A DNA stretch of 64,000 nucleotides, from positions 169,329 to 233,328 of the forward strand of contig NZ_JAPNJX010000021.1 in assembly GCF_026626685.1 (NCBI RefSeq), written 5' to 3'. The stretch comes from Nannocystis sp. SCPEA4 (GTDB lineage Bacteria; Myxococcota_A; Polyangia; Nannocystales; Nannocystaceae). Shown one piece after another: positions 42,798 through 51,842 of this stretch. Under the pieces are notes generated by a model. That model was given only the letters and a program-made list of their open reading frames with translations. It made no database searches and had not been told where the DNA came from. How positions within the stretch are numbered: the first letter of the stretch is position 1; each line of letters begins with the position of its first letter. The translations under genes and the position numbers were made by a program.

Positions 42798-43781
42798 ATG
42801 GCGAACACCAGGGAGACGAGGAAGGTCGACGACCGCTCGCCCTTGCGCGAGTGGAGCGAGAAGACGCTCGGCCGGGTCGAATACCTCACCTACACCGCGC
42901 TGGTCGTGATGCTGATGTTGCTCGGCTTCCTGTGGCCGCGGATGTTCATCACCATCCCGACTGGCAGCCAGGGCGTGATGTACCGCTATTTCGCCGGAGG
43001 CACCGTGACGGACAGGGTGTGGGGCGAAGGGCTGCACATCATCCCGCCGTGGGACCACCTCACGCTGTACGAGGTGCGCCTGCAGCAGAAGACGTTGAAT
43101 TTCGACGTCCTCAGCGACGAGGGGCTCAACCTGCAGGTCGCCGTCTCGGTGAAATTCCGGCCGGACAGCGACATGCTCGGGCATCTCCACCGCGACATCG
43201 GCCCCGATTACTTCGAGCGGATGATCGAGCCGGACATCCAGGCCCACGTCCGGCGGGCCTTCGGGGATCGACCGGCGTACGAGATTTACTCGAGCGCCAA
43301 CGACCTGCTGCTCGAATTGCGCCGGATCTCGGCGCTCGGCCGCGACGAACCCGGCGACGGCGAGAAGGAGAAGCCGTACGTGCAGATCCAGGAGATCGAG
43401 CTGGTCGACCTCGAGTTGCCGGAGATCGTCCTCGCCGCGATCGCCGAGAGTTACCGCCAGAAGCAGCTCATGCTCGAGTATCGCCACAAACTCGAGCGCG
43501 AGGAGGCGGAGGCCCAGCGCAAGCGGACCGAGGCGAGCGGCATCCGCGACTACAACACGATCATCGGCGAGCTCTCCCCCGACGTGCTGCGCTGGCGCGA
43601 CCTCGAGGTGACGTCGGAGCTCGCCAAGGCGCCCAACTCCAAGGTGCTGGTCCTCGGCAAGGGCAGCTCGAACTCCTCGCTGCTGTTCAACGTCGGTGGT
43701 GACTCGACGACGGACTCGACGACGGCCCCTGCATCGCCGGCCGCCGCGGCGCCGGCCTCCGCGTCGCCCGCTGCGCCCTGA
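42798..43781 (+). CDS. SPFH/band-7 (prohibitin/HflC-like) family membrane protein with Ser/Thr/Ala-rich tail
   Basis: An N-terminal TM segment is followed by the band-7 core (QGVMYRYFAGGTV...LNLQVAVSVKFRP...) and a coiled-coil EREEAEAQRKRTEASG region. Confidence 0.75.
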   Translation: MANTRETRKVDDRSPLREWSEKTLGRVEYLTYTALVVMLMLLGFLWPRMFITIPTGSQGVMYRYFAGGTVTDRVWGEGLHIIPPWDHLTLYEVRLQQKTLNFDVLSDEGLNLQVAVSVKFRPDSDMLGHLHRDIGPDYFERMIEPDIQAHVRRAFGDRPAYEIYSSANDLLLELRRISALGRDEPGDGEKEKPYVQIQEIELVDLELPEIVLAAIAESYRQKQLMLEYRHKLEREEAEAQRKRTEASGIRDYNTIIGELSPDVLRWRDLEVTSELAKAPNSKVLVLGKGSSNSSLLFNVGGDSTTDSTTAPASPAAAAPASASPAAP

Positions 43782-43788
43782 GCTCGGC

Positions 43789-45321
43789 TCAATTCCGGCC
43801 GGTCGCGTCTCGCCACAGCTCGAGGAGCTTGTGCAGCACCGGCCCGTCTGGCCGCGGCGGCTCCTCGATGCTCGGCTCGAGCTCGATGCCAAAGCGACGC
43901 AGGTCGAGGAAGGGGTTCTTCTCGAGGTCGAAAGCGCTGAGCGGGCGCTCGAGTCGCCCCGGGCGCAGGCCATGCGTGATCGAGCTCTGCTGGACCGCTT
44001 CGCTCTCGAGGTATTGCAGCCAGAGCCGCGCGGCGTCGCGTTCACGGGCGTGCTCGTCGTCGTCGGGCCACATCAGCACCGCGGGGTGCTCGGCGACGAA
44101 GGTCGGCGACGGGTAGTACACCCGGACTTCTCCGAGCTCGTCGGCGTTGATTCGCGCGAGGATCGGGAAGACGAGGCTCTCGTAGGTGACGACGCCGTCA
44201 TAGGCCGTCGGGCCGAGGTCGAAGAAGTGGTCGGTCAGCAGGAAGGCGGAGTCGAACCAGTCGTCACGTCCCGCGTTGCAGCGCCGCAGCCACCGCTGCA
44301 GGACCTCGCCCTCGCGCTCGAGCGCAAGCGCGATGTCGCCGGCGGTGTCGGCGAGGAGGTACTGACGGGCCATCAGCACCAGCGTCGCAGTACCGCCGGC
44401 GGAGTTCGGCGCGGGGAACCCCAGCTTGACGCGGCCCCACGAGCGCAGCTCTTCGGGCGTCGGAATCAGCGGAGCGGCGGGCTTCGGCGGGGCCGCAAGG
44501 GCGGAGCGCCCTTTTTTCGTCACGCGCGGCGGGTCGGGCGGCGGCGGTGGCGGGTTCCGCTGGATGTACCAGTCGAGCCAGGAACCCGGGAGCATGTCCT
44601 CCTGCAGCACACCTTCGAGCTCGGGTGCGCGAGGAATCATGGGACAGAGCGCGTCGACCCAGAACCCCACCCCATCGCGGTCGGCCTCGCGGATCGCCCG
44701 CAGCGCCCGGAACTGCTCCTCGTGGAGCAGGACGACGAGCGGCGAGCGGACGAGGGGGCGCCGCTCGTCGATCCGGAACAGCAATTCGTCCGACTGCTCG
44801 CGCCAGCGGATTTCCAGGTAGCGCAGGGAGAGCTCCTCGGCCGGCGCCCACAGCGTCGGTCGCAGTTCACCGCGCAGGATGGCGTTGGCGGCGGCGAAAT
44901 CGTCGCTCGCGGTCAGCCGGAGCTGGACGTTCGGGCACTGCTCCATGAAGGCGGCGGCGGCTCGCGTGAGCCAGGGCCCCTGGTCGGTGCTGTGGACGAC
45001 CTCGACGAGGTATGGCAGCCCACCTGGGCCAGGGGGGCCGCACTCGGGTGCTGCGTCGCCGGGCTCGCCCCGTAGCTCGACGAATTCGGCGACCGGTGGG
45101 ACGGCGTCGACCAGGTTGCCGCCGTAAGCCATGAACGCCGCGATGACGCCGACCAGGGCCCACAAGGCGCCGAGGAACAGCGCATTGCCGACGATGGAGC
45201 CCCATCCCCGGGGGCGCCCCTCATCCTCACGCGGGGCCGGGGTGCGGCGGCCGAGCCTGAACAGCGCGATCACGAGGAGAGACAGCGCGAGGGCGAGACC
45301 GATGCGAATCGCGACCTCCAT
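43789..45321 (-). CDS. Hypothetical membrane-anchored protein (N-terminal TM MEVAIRIGLALALSLLVIALF), Pro-rich segment; function unknown
   Basis: Long ORF with good codon usage. Start placed at ATG 45321; the track starts at 45393. Confidence 0.45.
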   Translation of the reverse strand: MEVAIRIGLALALSLLVIALFRLGRRTPAPREDEGRPRGWGSIVGNALFLGALWALVGVIAAFMAYGGNLVDAVPPVAEFVELRGEPGDAAPECGPPGPGGLPYLVEVVHSTDQGPWLTRAAAAFMEQCPNVQLRLTASDDFAAANAILRGELRPTLWAPAEELSLRYLEIRWREQSDELLFRIDERRPLVRSPLVVLLHEEQFRALRAIREADRDGVGFWVDALCPMIPRAPELEGVLQEDMLPGSWLDWYIQRNPPPPPPDPPRVTKKGRSALAAPPKPAAPLIPTPEELRSWGRVKLGFPAPNSAGGTATLVLMARQYLLADTAGDIALALEREGEVLQRWLRRCNAGRDDWFDSAFLLTDHFFDLGPTAYDGVVTYESLVFPILARINADELGEVRVYYPSPTFVAEHPAVLMWPDDDEHARERDAARLWLQYLESEAVQQSSITHGLRPGRLERPLSAFDLEKNPFLDLRRFGIELEPSIEEPPRPDGPVLHKLLELWRDATGRN

Positions 45322-45685
45322 CACGCACATCTCGAGACACGGTGAACTGCGCGCACTTGGGCGTCCGTGGACATGGCGAGGGCATCCTGGCACACGGGCT
45401 TCAGGGCGTCAAACGTGGTGTAGACCACCCCCCGGGGCGCATTCACGCCGAGCCGATACGCCGACGGCCAGGCCACCACCGTCGAGCTCCTCGGCGACGC
45501 TGCCCTCCCCGTCGCCGACCCGCGCGTCACCTCCGTCGTGCAGCCGAGCGAGGCGATCGAGCGTGCGCTCACCGACGCGATCGCCAACAAGCGTGGGCCA
45601 CCAAGACGGAAGACTCGCTTGCACCGACCTCGCATCACGACGGCTGGTCTCGGCTTCGTGCTCGGGCTCGTTGAGCGGTCCTTTT

Positions 45686-45727
45686 GAACATGTGCTGAAA
45701 GACATGTTTTCAGAGACATGCCAGTGC
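45686..45727 (+). repeat. Three 14-bp phased CATG units (CATG at 45689, 45703, 45717) with hairpin CTGAAAGACATGTTTTCAG
   Basis: gaaCATGtgctgaa / agaCATGttttcag / agaCATGccagtgc, counted directly. It is intergenic, upstream of the 45321 gene. Confidence 0.45.
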
Positions 45728-45880
45728 CCCCGCCCGAGGCGACGGGCGCGACGCGCGGACCGGCGAGCGAGCCGCTGCCGACAGCCCGATGGTCGGGCGC
45801 TGGCACGACGGCCAGGCGGCCATCAGGCCAGCAACCATGGCGGTGGACGCGTTATTCCACGCGTTCGTACTGTCGCCGCG

Positions 45881-46624
45881 TCATGCGTAGGGCCCGAAGC
45901 TGCAGCAGGTCGCGGCCTTTTCCACCAGCAACTGGAAGCTGTCGGGATCCGTCCAGCTCGCGCAGATCGCTTCGGATGCGCACGCCCCGGTCGTGCTGCC
46001 GTCCTCGATGCAAGTACAGGTCTCCGTGTCGCACACGATCGCCTGCGGTGGCTCGCCGATGCACTCGAAATCGACCCGGCAGGCGCTGCCGTCCACTTGC
46101 CCATTCCCTTCGTAGTCGCAGGCGTTCTTGCCAGTGCAGATCTCGACTTCCTGCGCCAGTGCTTCGGAGCACGGCCCCGCATCTTCCTCGTTGAGGATGC
46201 CGAGGATGTCGTCGCAGTTCATGCTGGCGTAGCACATGTAGCTGGCATCGGTGGCCGCCGCACACTCCGGCGTCTCGCCCTCGTCACCGCAGAACGCCGC
46301 GATGCATTGCGCGACCGTGACAGTGGGATCGCACGCCACGACCGCGGCGCAGAAGGTCGCGCAGGCATCCTCGTCGCCGGTATCGTCGGAGCTGGCTCCC
46401 GTCGCGGTCGTGGGCTCGCCGGCGTCGGTGGTGCTCTCCAAGCTCGTACTCCCGGGTTCCGTGGCGCTCGTGGTGACGCCGGAGGTGCCCTCGGTGCCGC
46501 CGCTCGAGCCGGTGCCTTCATCGCCGCAGGCGCCGGCCACGATGGCCGCCCACACGAGGTATCCGGCCCCCACGCCCTGAGGTCGACATTGTCTATTCTG
46601 TGCTCTGTTCTCGGTTCGTCGCAT
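45881..46624 (-). CDS. Cys-rich secreted lipoprotein (lipobox VAGAC), Thr/Ser/Gly-rich linker then ~28 Cys
   Basis: The signal plus lipobox is YLVWAAIVAGAC. The composition (ACDPTVTVAQCIAAFCGDEGETPEC...) fits myxobacterial Cys-rich extracellular proteins. Confidence 0.5.
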   Translation of the reverse strand: MRRTENRAQNRQCRPQGVGAGYLVWAAIVAGACGDEGTGSSGGTEGTSGVTTSATEPGSTSLESTTDAGEPTTATGASSDDTGDEDACATFCAAVVACDPTVTVAQCIAAFCGDEGETPECAAATDASYMCYASMNCDDILGILNEEDAGPCSEALAQEVEICTGKNACDYEGNGQVDGSACRVDFECIGEPPQAIVCDTETCTCIEDGSTTGACASEAICASWTDPDSFQLLVEKAATCCSFGPYA

Positions 46625-47247
46625 CGAGGCACGTGAACCCGACCGCGCCTCGGCCCATTCCTATCGACAGGCGTTTTGTGACGTCGCATCATGCGCCGCG
46701 ACGCAGCGAGGGTCCGACGTGGCCGGAGCGGTTCGCCGCCGAGGCGGCTCGGCCTGCACCGCGGTGGATGATCGCCACGACACAGGTCGACGCCCGCGAG
46801 CTTTGGGGGCTCCCCCCGCCCAGATCGCCGCCGCCCTCGATCACGGCAAGGGGGCGGTGATCGGGGGCAGCTCGACCCGCTTGTCGGGCCCGGCTTCGAG
46901 TCCGCCCCTACCCCGTCGCCGCCGCCACCGCCGTGTTCGTCGCCCTCCTCGGCATTGCGCTCGAGAGTGGGTCACGTTCGCCGGCGACACGCACGCGGCA
47001 TCAGTCGCGGAGGGCAGCAGGGAGGGGTTCGTCGACGGCGATAGTCGGCGAACGCCACGGTCGGATCGCCGCCTTTCTCGAAGAAGTACGGCGCGACGGG
47101 CCTCGTTCGCCGAGCCGCTCCGCGGCGTGTCGTCGCTGTTTTTGCCGGGCGTGTGCACGCCTGGCGAAGGGCGGCCACCCCCCATTCGGCGAATGCCAGC
47201 ATCGGCTGCATCGCGTGGAGCAGCAGCCACGTCACCCACGCTCGCCG

Positions 47248-47940
47248 TCATGCCTTGCCGCCCCTGGCGAGGCGATCGATGAGGAGCTTCGCGGCCGCCG
47301 CCGAGGAGGCCGGGTTCTGGCCGGTGATCAACTGGCCGTCGCTGACCGTATGAACGCCCCAGTTCTTGACCTTGGAGAAGATCGCCCCGAGCCTCATCAG
47401 CTCATCCTCGACGAGGAAGGGCACCACCTTCGTCAGGCCGACGTCCTCCTCCTCACCATTGGTGAAGCCGGTGACGTTCTTACCCTCGACAAGCGGCTTG
47501 CCGTCCGGGGTCTTGACATTGTGCAGGACACCCGGCGCGTGGCAGACGAGCGCGATCGGCTTGCCGGCTGCGAGGAACGCTTCGATCAGCTCGATCGAGT
47601 TCCGATCCTCGGCGAGGTCCCACATCGGGCCGTGGCCACCAGGGTAGAATACGGTGTCGAAGCCTTCCTGCTTGACGCTGTCGAGGGGGACCGTCCTTGC
47701 GAGTCGGGCCTTGGCGGCCTCATCGGCTTCGAACCGACGCGTGAGATCGGTCTGGAAGTTCGGCTCGTTGCTCTTCGGATCGAGCGGCGGCTGGCCACCC
47801 TTCGGCGAAGCCAAGACGATCTCGGCGCCCGCGTCCTTGAACACGTAGTAAGGCGCGGCCAGTTCCTCCAGCCAGAAGCCGGTCTTGCGGCCGGTGTTTC
47901 CGAGTTTGTCGTGGGAAGTGAGGACCATCAGGATCTTCAT
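47248..47940 (-). CDS. DJ-1/PfpI family (class-I glutamine amidotransferase-like) protein
   Basis: MKILMVLTSHDKLGNTGRKTGFWLEELAAPYYVF... with the nucleophile elbow IALVCHAPGVL. Confidence 0.8.
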   Translation of the reverse strand: MKILMVLTSHDKLGNTGRKTGFWLEELAAPYYVFKDAGAEIVLASPKGGQPPLDPKSNEPNFQTDLTRRFEADEAAKARLARTVPLDSVKQEGFDTVFYPGGHGPMWDLAEDRNSIELIEAFLAAGKPIALVCHAPGVLHNVKTPDGKPLVEGKNVTGFTNGEEEDVGLTKVVPFLVEDELMRLGAIFSKVKNWGVHTVSDGQLITGQNPASSAAAAKLLIDRLARGGKA

Positions 47941-48202
47941 GACTGTCTCCTTGTGCCCGGGTTACGTCGATCTCTCGTCTCCTGATTCTGCCAGAATGTC
48001 GTCCTGGCGTCCGTCAGCTCGCGTTCGAGATCGCGGTGGCGAGCGAGAGCCCGCCGCCCGCCGATGCAGTCGGCCTCGACGTTTACAACGACCGTGATTG
48101 GATGCGTGAACAACGTGGGTCAGCCACATGTCGACGAGATGTGGGTCACCGTCGCTCGTCGGCCCGGCCCAGCTCGGACGTGAAAGCAGGCGGCAGCGCG
48201 GC

Positions 48203-48347
48203 CCACCCCGCGCGCGCCTCGGCGACGCGACCGACCAGCCGCAGCGCGTGGGCTCGCCAGACCTGCTCACGGCGCCCGATCCCCTGTCTCTCGGGCCAGC
48301 CGCGGGCGCTCGGGCGCGCTTGACCGTGATTGCTGTGGATCGATCGT
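48203..48347 (+). repeat. 145-bp direct repeat, copy 1
   Basis: Identical to 48998-49142 by direct reading. It contains TTGACC-N17-ATCGTA, a promoter-like spacing. A related 18-mer (cgttcggtggaccgcgtc) follows it. Confidence 0.8.
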
Positions 48348-48747
48348 AACCGTTCGGTGGACCGCGTCGTGACGTGAACCCTCCGAGGAGGTCCGTGGGA
48401 CCCGGCCCGTTGCCCTGGTTACTCTCGGCCCCGGTTGTCGTTGCCGTCCGTGAGCGCGATATTTGAGGCGCTGCAGCGTGCCGCGCACGCCGGCGTCGAG
48501 GATGCTGTCAACACCCTCTCGCTGGTCCGCGACGACCTCGTCCTGCACTCGGTGACGCCGGCGCACGGGACCAGGCTGAGCTCGTGCTGCCCGAAGCGGC
48601 GCGCTCCGGCATTCCGCGAGAGTGTGAGGGGATACCCAGACGGATCAGGGGGGGTTCAGTCGCTCTGTCTGTGCTGATTTGAGTCGTGAAGAAGATCACC
48701 CGCTGCGGATGCCTTCGCGCGCGCTGCAACGTGCTACTCACCGAGCC

Positions 48748-48963
48748 ATGTCCGCCGATGTCTCGTACTTGCTGCTTGGGTTCACCACGTTGATGCTGCT
48801 GGGCTTTGGCTTGCAGATCGCCATCATGCGCAAGCGTCGCGGCGAGTACATCGTCTACAAGCCGCTGCTGCTGCTGGCGCTGGTCGTGCTCTGGGGCCTC
48901 AGCCTGGTCTCCGTCGTGACCGGCAAGAGCATCTCCGAGCTCACCGGCGGCGTGATCGGGTAG
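48748..48963 (+). CDS. Small membrane protein (71 aa, 2 TM), between the two 145-bp repeats
   Basis: MSADVSYLLLGFTTLMLLGFGLQIAIMRKRRGEYIVYKPLLLLALVVLWGLSLVSVVTGKSI. The track's TTG start at 48679 is rejected in favour of ATG 48748. Confidence 0.3.
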   Translation: MSADVSYLLLGFTTLMLLGFGLQIAIMRKRRGEYIVYKPLLLLALVVLWGLSLVSVVTGKSISELTGGVIG

Positions 48964-48997
48964 CTCTTCCCAGCCGTAAGCGTTCGGTCTACCGCGT

Positions 48998-49142
48998 CCA
49001 CCCCGCGCGCGCCTCGGCGACGCGACCGACCAGCCGCAGCGCGTGGGCTCGCCAGACCTGCTCACGGCGCCCGATCCCCTGTCTCTCGGGCCAGCCGCGG
49101 GCGCTCGGGCGCGCTTGACCGTGATTGCTGTGGATCGATCGT
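48998..49142 (+). repeat. 145-bp direct repeat, copy 2
   Basis: Identical to copy 1. It is preceded by cgttcggtctaccgcgtc, which is related to the 18-mer following copy 1. Confidence 0.8.
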
Positions 49143-49612
49143 CCCCGCCGGCGCCGCGCGACTGCGACGACGTGTCACCGGCCTCGCGGCTCGTCCTCGA
49201 TACCGACCCCGAGCTCGTCGATCGCGCCCGGGCGCGCGGGAGCCCGGCGCTCCGCGGTGACGCGACCATCCCCGCGTCCTCGCCGAGACCCCCCGAGCCT
49301 CGCGTGGCCCTCCGGTGCGGCCGTCGTCGACGGAGAGCCGCGGCGAATTCTCCGGCGCGCCGGACGTGATCGCCCTGCACACCTGCGCGGCGCCGATGCC
49401 GTGTCGCTGCCGCTCGCGTCGCTCGTCGCGCAGCGCGGGCGCGTGCGAGCGCGGCTGTCGAGCAATGCCGGGAGCGCGCGTAACATTGATGAATGGCACC
49501 GCCGAACACCGGACCGCGGGGTTTCACGCGGTCGCAAGATTGGCGCCTCCTCGAAAGCGTCGTCGTGTGCACGCAAATCGCGGCCCGTTCGCCGCAACTC
49601 GCAAAAATTTAT

Positions 49613-49641
49613 CGTGGGACCATTGGCGCGGTCGGGTGCCG
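49613..49641 (+). promoter_or_regulatory. Sigma70-like promoter: -35 TTGGCG (49613-18), 17-nt spacer, -10 TATAAA (49636-41)
   Basis: Read directly from the sequence. It lies in an AT-enriched stretch about 55 nt upstream of the 35-aa ORF. Promoters this canonical are rare in this GC-rich background. Confidence 0.35.
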
Positions 49642-49697
49642 CTGCTATAAACATCGGACCGGGGCAATCATCAAAGTCCGCGCCGGTGAAAGGTAGA

Positions 49698-49805
49698 ATG
49701 ACCATGAACAAGAATGACACCAAGAAGTCGCAGAAGAACCTCTCCTTCAAGTCGGGCGTCCGCGCCGGCGCCGCGGGTGCCCCCGCCCCGGCCCGCATCG
49801 ACTGA
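49698..49805 (+). CDS. 35-aa small ORF, candidate RiPP precursor: MTMNKNDTKKSQKNLSFKSGVRAGAAGAPAPARID
   Basis: A low-GC, Lys-rich N-terminal half and a Gly/Ala/Pro-rich C-terminal half ending in Asp. AAAGG lies 4 nt upstream. A promoter-like element sits upstream and a 36-nt hairpin 38 nt downstream. It is directly upstream of the JmjC gene and the HlyD/C39-ABC export cassette. Confidence 0.45.
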   Translation: MTMNKNDTKKSQKNLSFKSGVRAGAAGAPAPARID

Positions 49806-49842
49806 GCCGTAGGTCGAGCGAGAGGCCCGTAGACCGGGCCGC

Positions 49843-49878
49843 ACGGAGGTCCACGCGTCCGGACGCGTGGGCCTCCGT
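49843..49878 (+). terminator. Strong 18-bp-stem hairpin (ACGGAGGTCCACGCGTCC|GGACGCGTGGGCCTCCGT), attenuator/terminator-like, no U-tract
   Basis: The arms are 17/18 complementary. It is located between the 35-aa ORF and the JmjC gene, the classical position for a precursor-peptide attenuator. Confidence 0.45.
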
Positions 49879-49946
49879 ATGCGCTTGCGCGGCGTCATGC
49901 CGGGCGGCGAACGTCCAAGGTCCGGATTCACCATAGAGGATTTCCC

Positions 49947-51188
49947 TTGTTACAGCACCTCGACGAAGCCCTCGAACGCTTGATCGCGCCGATGCGCGCG
50001 GACGAGTTCTTCCGCGATTATTACGGTCGCAAGACGCTGATCATCCGTGGGACGCCGGACAAGTTCGCCGCGATCTACGATGAAGAGCGCTGGCGGACGG
50101 TCCCGCTCGCCGAGACCACCGCCGTCTATCAGACCGAATACGACGGGGTGCCGCTGTCTCGCGTCGTGCCGATCCCGCCGGCGCAGCTGCATCAATTCTT
50201 CGAGGCGGGCCTGTTGACGGTCGGCCGGCTCGATGCGCAGCCGCAGATCGCGGCGCTGATGGACGGCCTGCGCGCGAGCCTGCAATTCCCGTCCGGCAAG
50301 GTGTCCAACGTCGACAAGGCGCTGTGCTTCGCCTCGCGCGGCAACACCGGCTACAAGCTGCACTGGGACCTGCACCACAACTTCATCCTGCAGATCGCCG
50401 GCGCCAAGCACTGGCGCTACGGGCACGAGCCCGCGGTCGACGCCCCGGTCGACGGGGCGGGCCTGGCGGGCCCGGGCGAGCCGGCGATTCACTACGACGG
50501 GCAGGCGATCCTGACCCCGCGGCTGGAGGACCTGGCCGAGGATACGCTCCACCCCGGCGATTTCCTGTACATGCCGCCGGGGGTGTGGCACGCGCCCTGC
50601 TCGCTGGGTCACTCCAATCACATCTCGATCGCGCTCGGCCACCGCCCGATCTACAAGCTGATCTCCGACGTCCTCAAGCTCGAGATCGGGCGCAAGCGCT
50701 GGTGGCGGCAAGGCTTCCCGGCGCTGCGCGGCGCCGATCGCCACTCCGGGGCGGTGCCGGAGCACGTCATGGGCCTGTTCGCCGAGGCGATCGCGCGGCT
50801 GCGCGACGAGCTGGCGGAGCTCGACCTGCGCCAGCTCCACAAGGAGTGGTCGCTCGAGGTCGCGGAGCACCACGGCGGGCGCCCGAAGACGCCGCCCGCG
50901 CCGGTCACCATGCACGAGCGCCTGACCCGGGCCACGCCGGTGCCGATCCGCTACTGCCTGGCGGCGTCGGAGGACGACCCGAGCGAGACGGAGGTGTACA
51001 TCTTCGCCGGCGACGAGCGCTACGTGCGGCTCCCCGAAGGGGCGCAGCAGTTCGTCGCCCGCCTCGCCGCCGAGCAGGAGTTCGTGGCCGAGAGCGCGCT
51101 GCAGTGGGACCCGGACTTCGAATGGCCCGAGGTCCAGGGCGCGCTCACACGGCTGCTCGCAGAGGGCATCCTGGTGCGGGCGGCCTGA
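49947..51188 (+). CDS. JmjC/cupin-4 family Fe(II)/2-oxoglutarate-dependent oxygenase-like protein; TTG start with AGAGGA RBS
   Basis: The HWD..H facial triad lies in KLHWDLHHNFILQIAGAKHW ... HAPCS. Its size and topology match bacterial JmjC hydroxylases (YcfD/RoxA-like). Confidence 0.7.
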   Translation: MLQHLDEALERLIAPMRADEFFRDYYGRKTLIIRGTPDKFAAIYDEERWRTVPLAETTAVYQTEYDGVPLSRVVPIPPAQLHQFFEAGLLTVGRLDAQPQIAALMDGLRASLQFPSGKVSNVDKALCFASRGNTGYKLHWDLHHNFILQIAGAKHWRYGHEPAVDAPVDGAGLAGPGEPAIHYDGQAILTPRLEDLAEDTLHPGDFLYMPPGVWHAPCSLGHSNHISIALGHRPIYKLISDVLKLEIGRKRWWRQGFPALRGADRHSGAVPEHVMGLFAEAIARLRDELAELDLRQLHKEWSLEVAEHHGGRPKTPPAPVTMHERLTRATPVPIRYCLAASEDDPSETEVYIFAGDERYVRLPEGAQQFVARLAAEQEFVAESALQWDPDFEWPEVQGALTRLLAEGILVRAA

Positions 51189-51192
51189 GCGC

Positions 51193-51630
51193 TCACCCGA
51201 GCGGCTTCTCGAACTTGTAGGAGCTGCTCGTCCGCGCGTAGCCCAGCGCCGCGTAGAACCCGTGGGCGCCGGTCCGCGAGGCACCTGATCGCAAGACCAG
51301 GTACGCACAATCGCGGGCGCGCGCCCACGCCTCGGCCGCGTGCACCAACCGGCGGCCGACGCCGCGCTGGCGCGCCCGCTCGTCGACCGCGATCGCAGTG
51401 AGCTCGGCGCTGGCCGCCGTGAGCAACGAAGGACGCTCCTGGACGTGCATCCACCCGATCACCCCCTCCCCGGCCTCGGCCACGAACAAGCCCTGGCTCG
51501 CCGCGCCCTGCAGCGCCGCCAGCCGCCGCCGCAGCTCGGCGGCGGTCACCGTGACGCCGAGCGGCAGGCACAGCCTGGCCACGCCGGCGGCGTCGTCGAG
51601 TTGCATGGGGCGGACGTGCGGCTCGGTCAT
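51193..51630 (-). CDS. GNAT family N-acetyltransferase
   Basis: The acetyl-CoA motif is AIAVDERARQRGVGRRLVHAAEAWA, and a C-terminal GFYAALGY follows. It converges on the JmjC gene with a 4-nt gap. Confidence 0.75.
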   Translation of the reverse strand: MTEPHVRPMQLDDAAGVARLCLPLGVTVTAAELRRRLAALQGAASQGLFVAEAGEGVIGWMHVQERPSLLTAASAELTAIAVDERARQRGVGRRLVHAAEAWARARDCAYLVLRSGASRTGAHGFYAALGYARTSSSYKFEKPLG

Positions 51631-51842
51631 GTTCGCCGCGATCTTATCCGGACCGCCGCGGCCTCGCCAGCCGGTCTCGCCGAATCTTCACCCGCATCCC
51701 CTGCGCGCGATCATGACTCATGCCCCAAAGGACATGTGGATGATTGATGGCAGCGACTTGTCGCGCGGGGGTCTCGTGCTAATCCGACGATCGATCGCTC
51801 TCGCGTAGCCACTGACGATTCCCTCCGCACATTGTCCCGCCC

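Noticed and set aside
46625-47247. tRNA/ncRNA search in the larger non-coding gaps (46.6-47.2 kb, 48.35-48.7 kb, 21.04-21.55 kb, 58.8-59.6 kb)
   Set aside because: No cloverleaf-like conserved tRNA boxes (GTTCGAATCC / TAGCTCAG-like) were seen by eye. The track ORFs there (46719..47282, 46933..47985) are low-complexity shadows. This is not an exhaustive search.
48036-49369. Track ORFs 48036..48323 and 49043..49369, which share an identical N-terminal peptide
   Set aside because: The identity comes from the 145-bp direct repeat. Their translations are Arg/Ala/Pro-rich and neither has an RBS. They are not genes.
1965-51755. Resemblance of GGACATGTCC / RRRCATGYYY to eukaryotic p53 response elements
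   Set aside because: Coincidental and irrelevant in a bacterial genome. It is noted only so that no one re-derives it.
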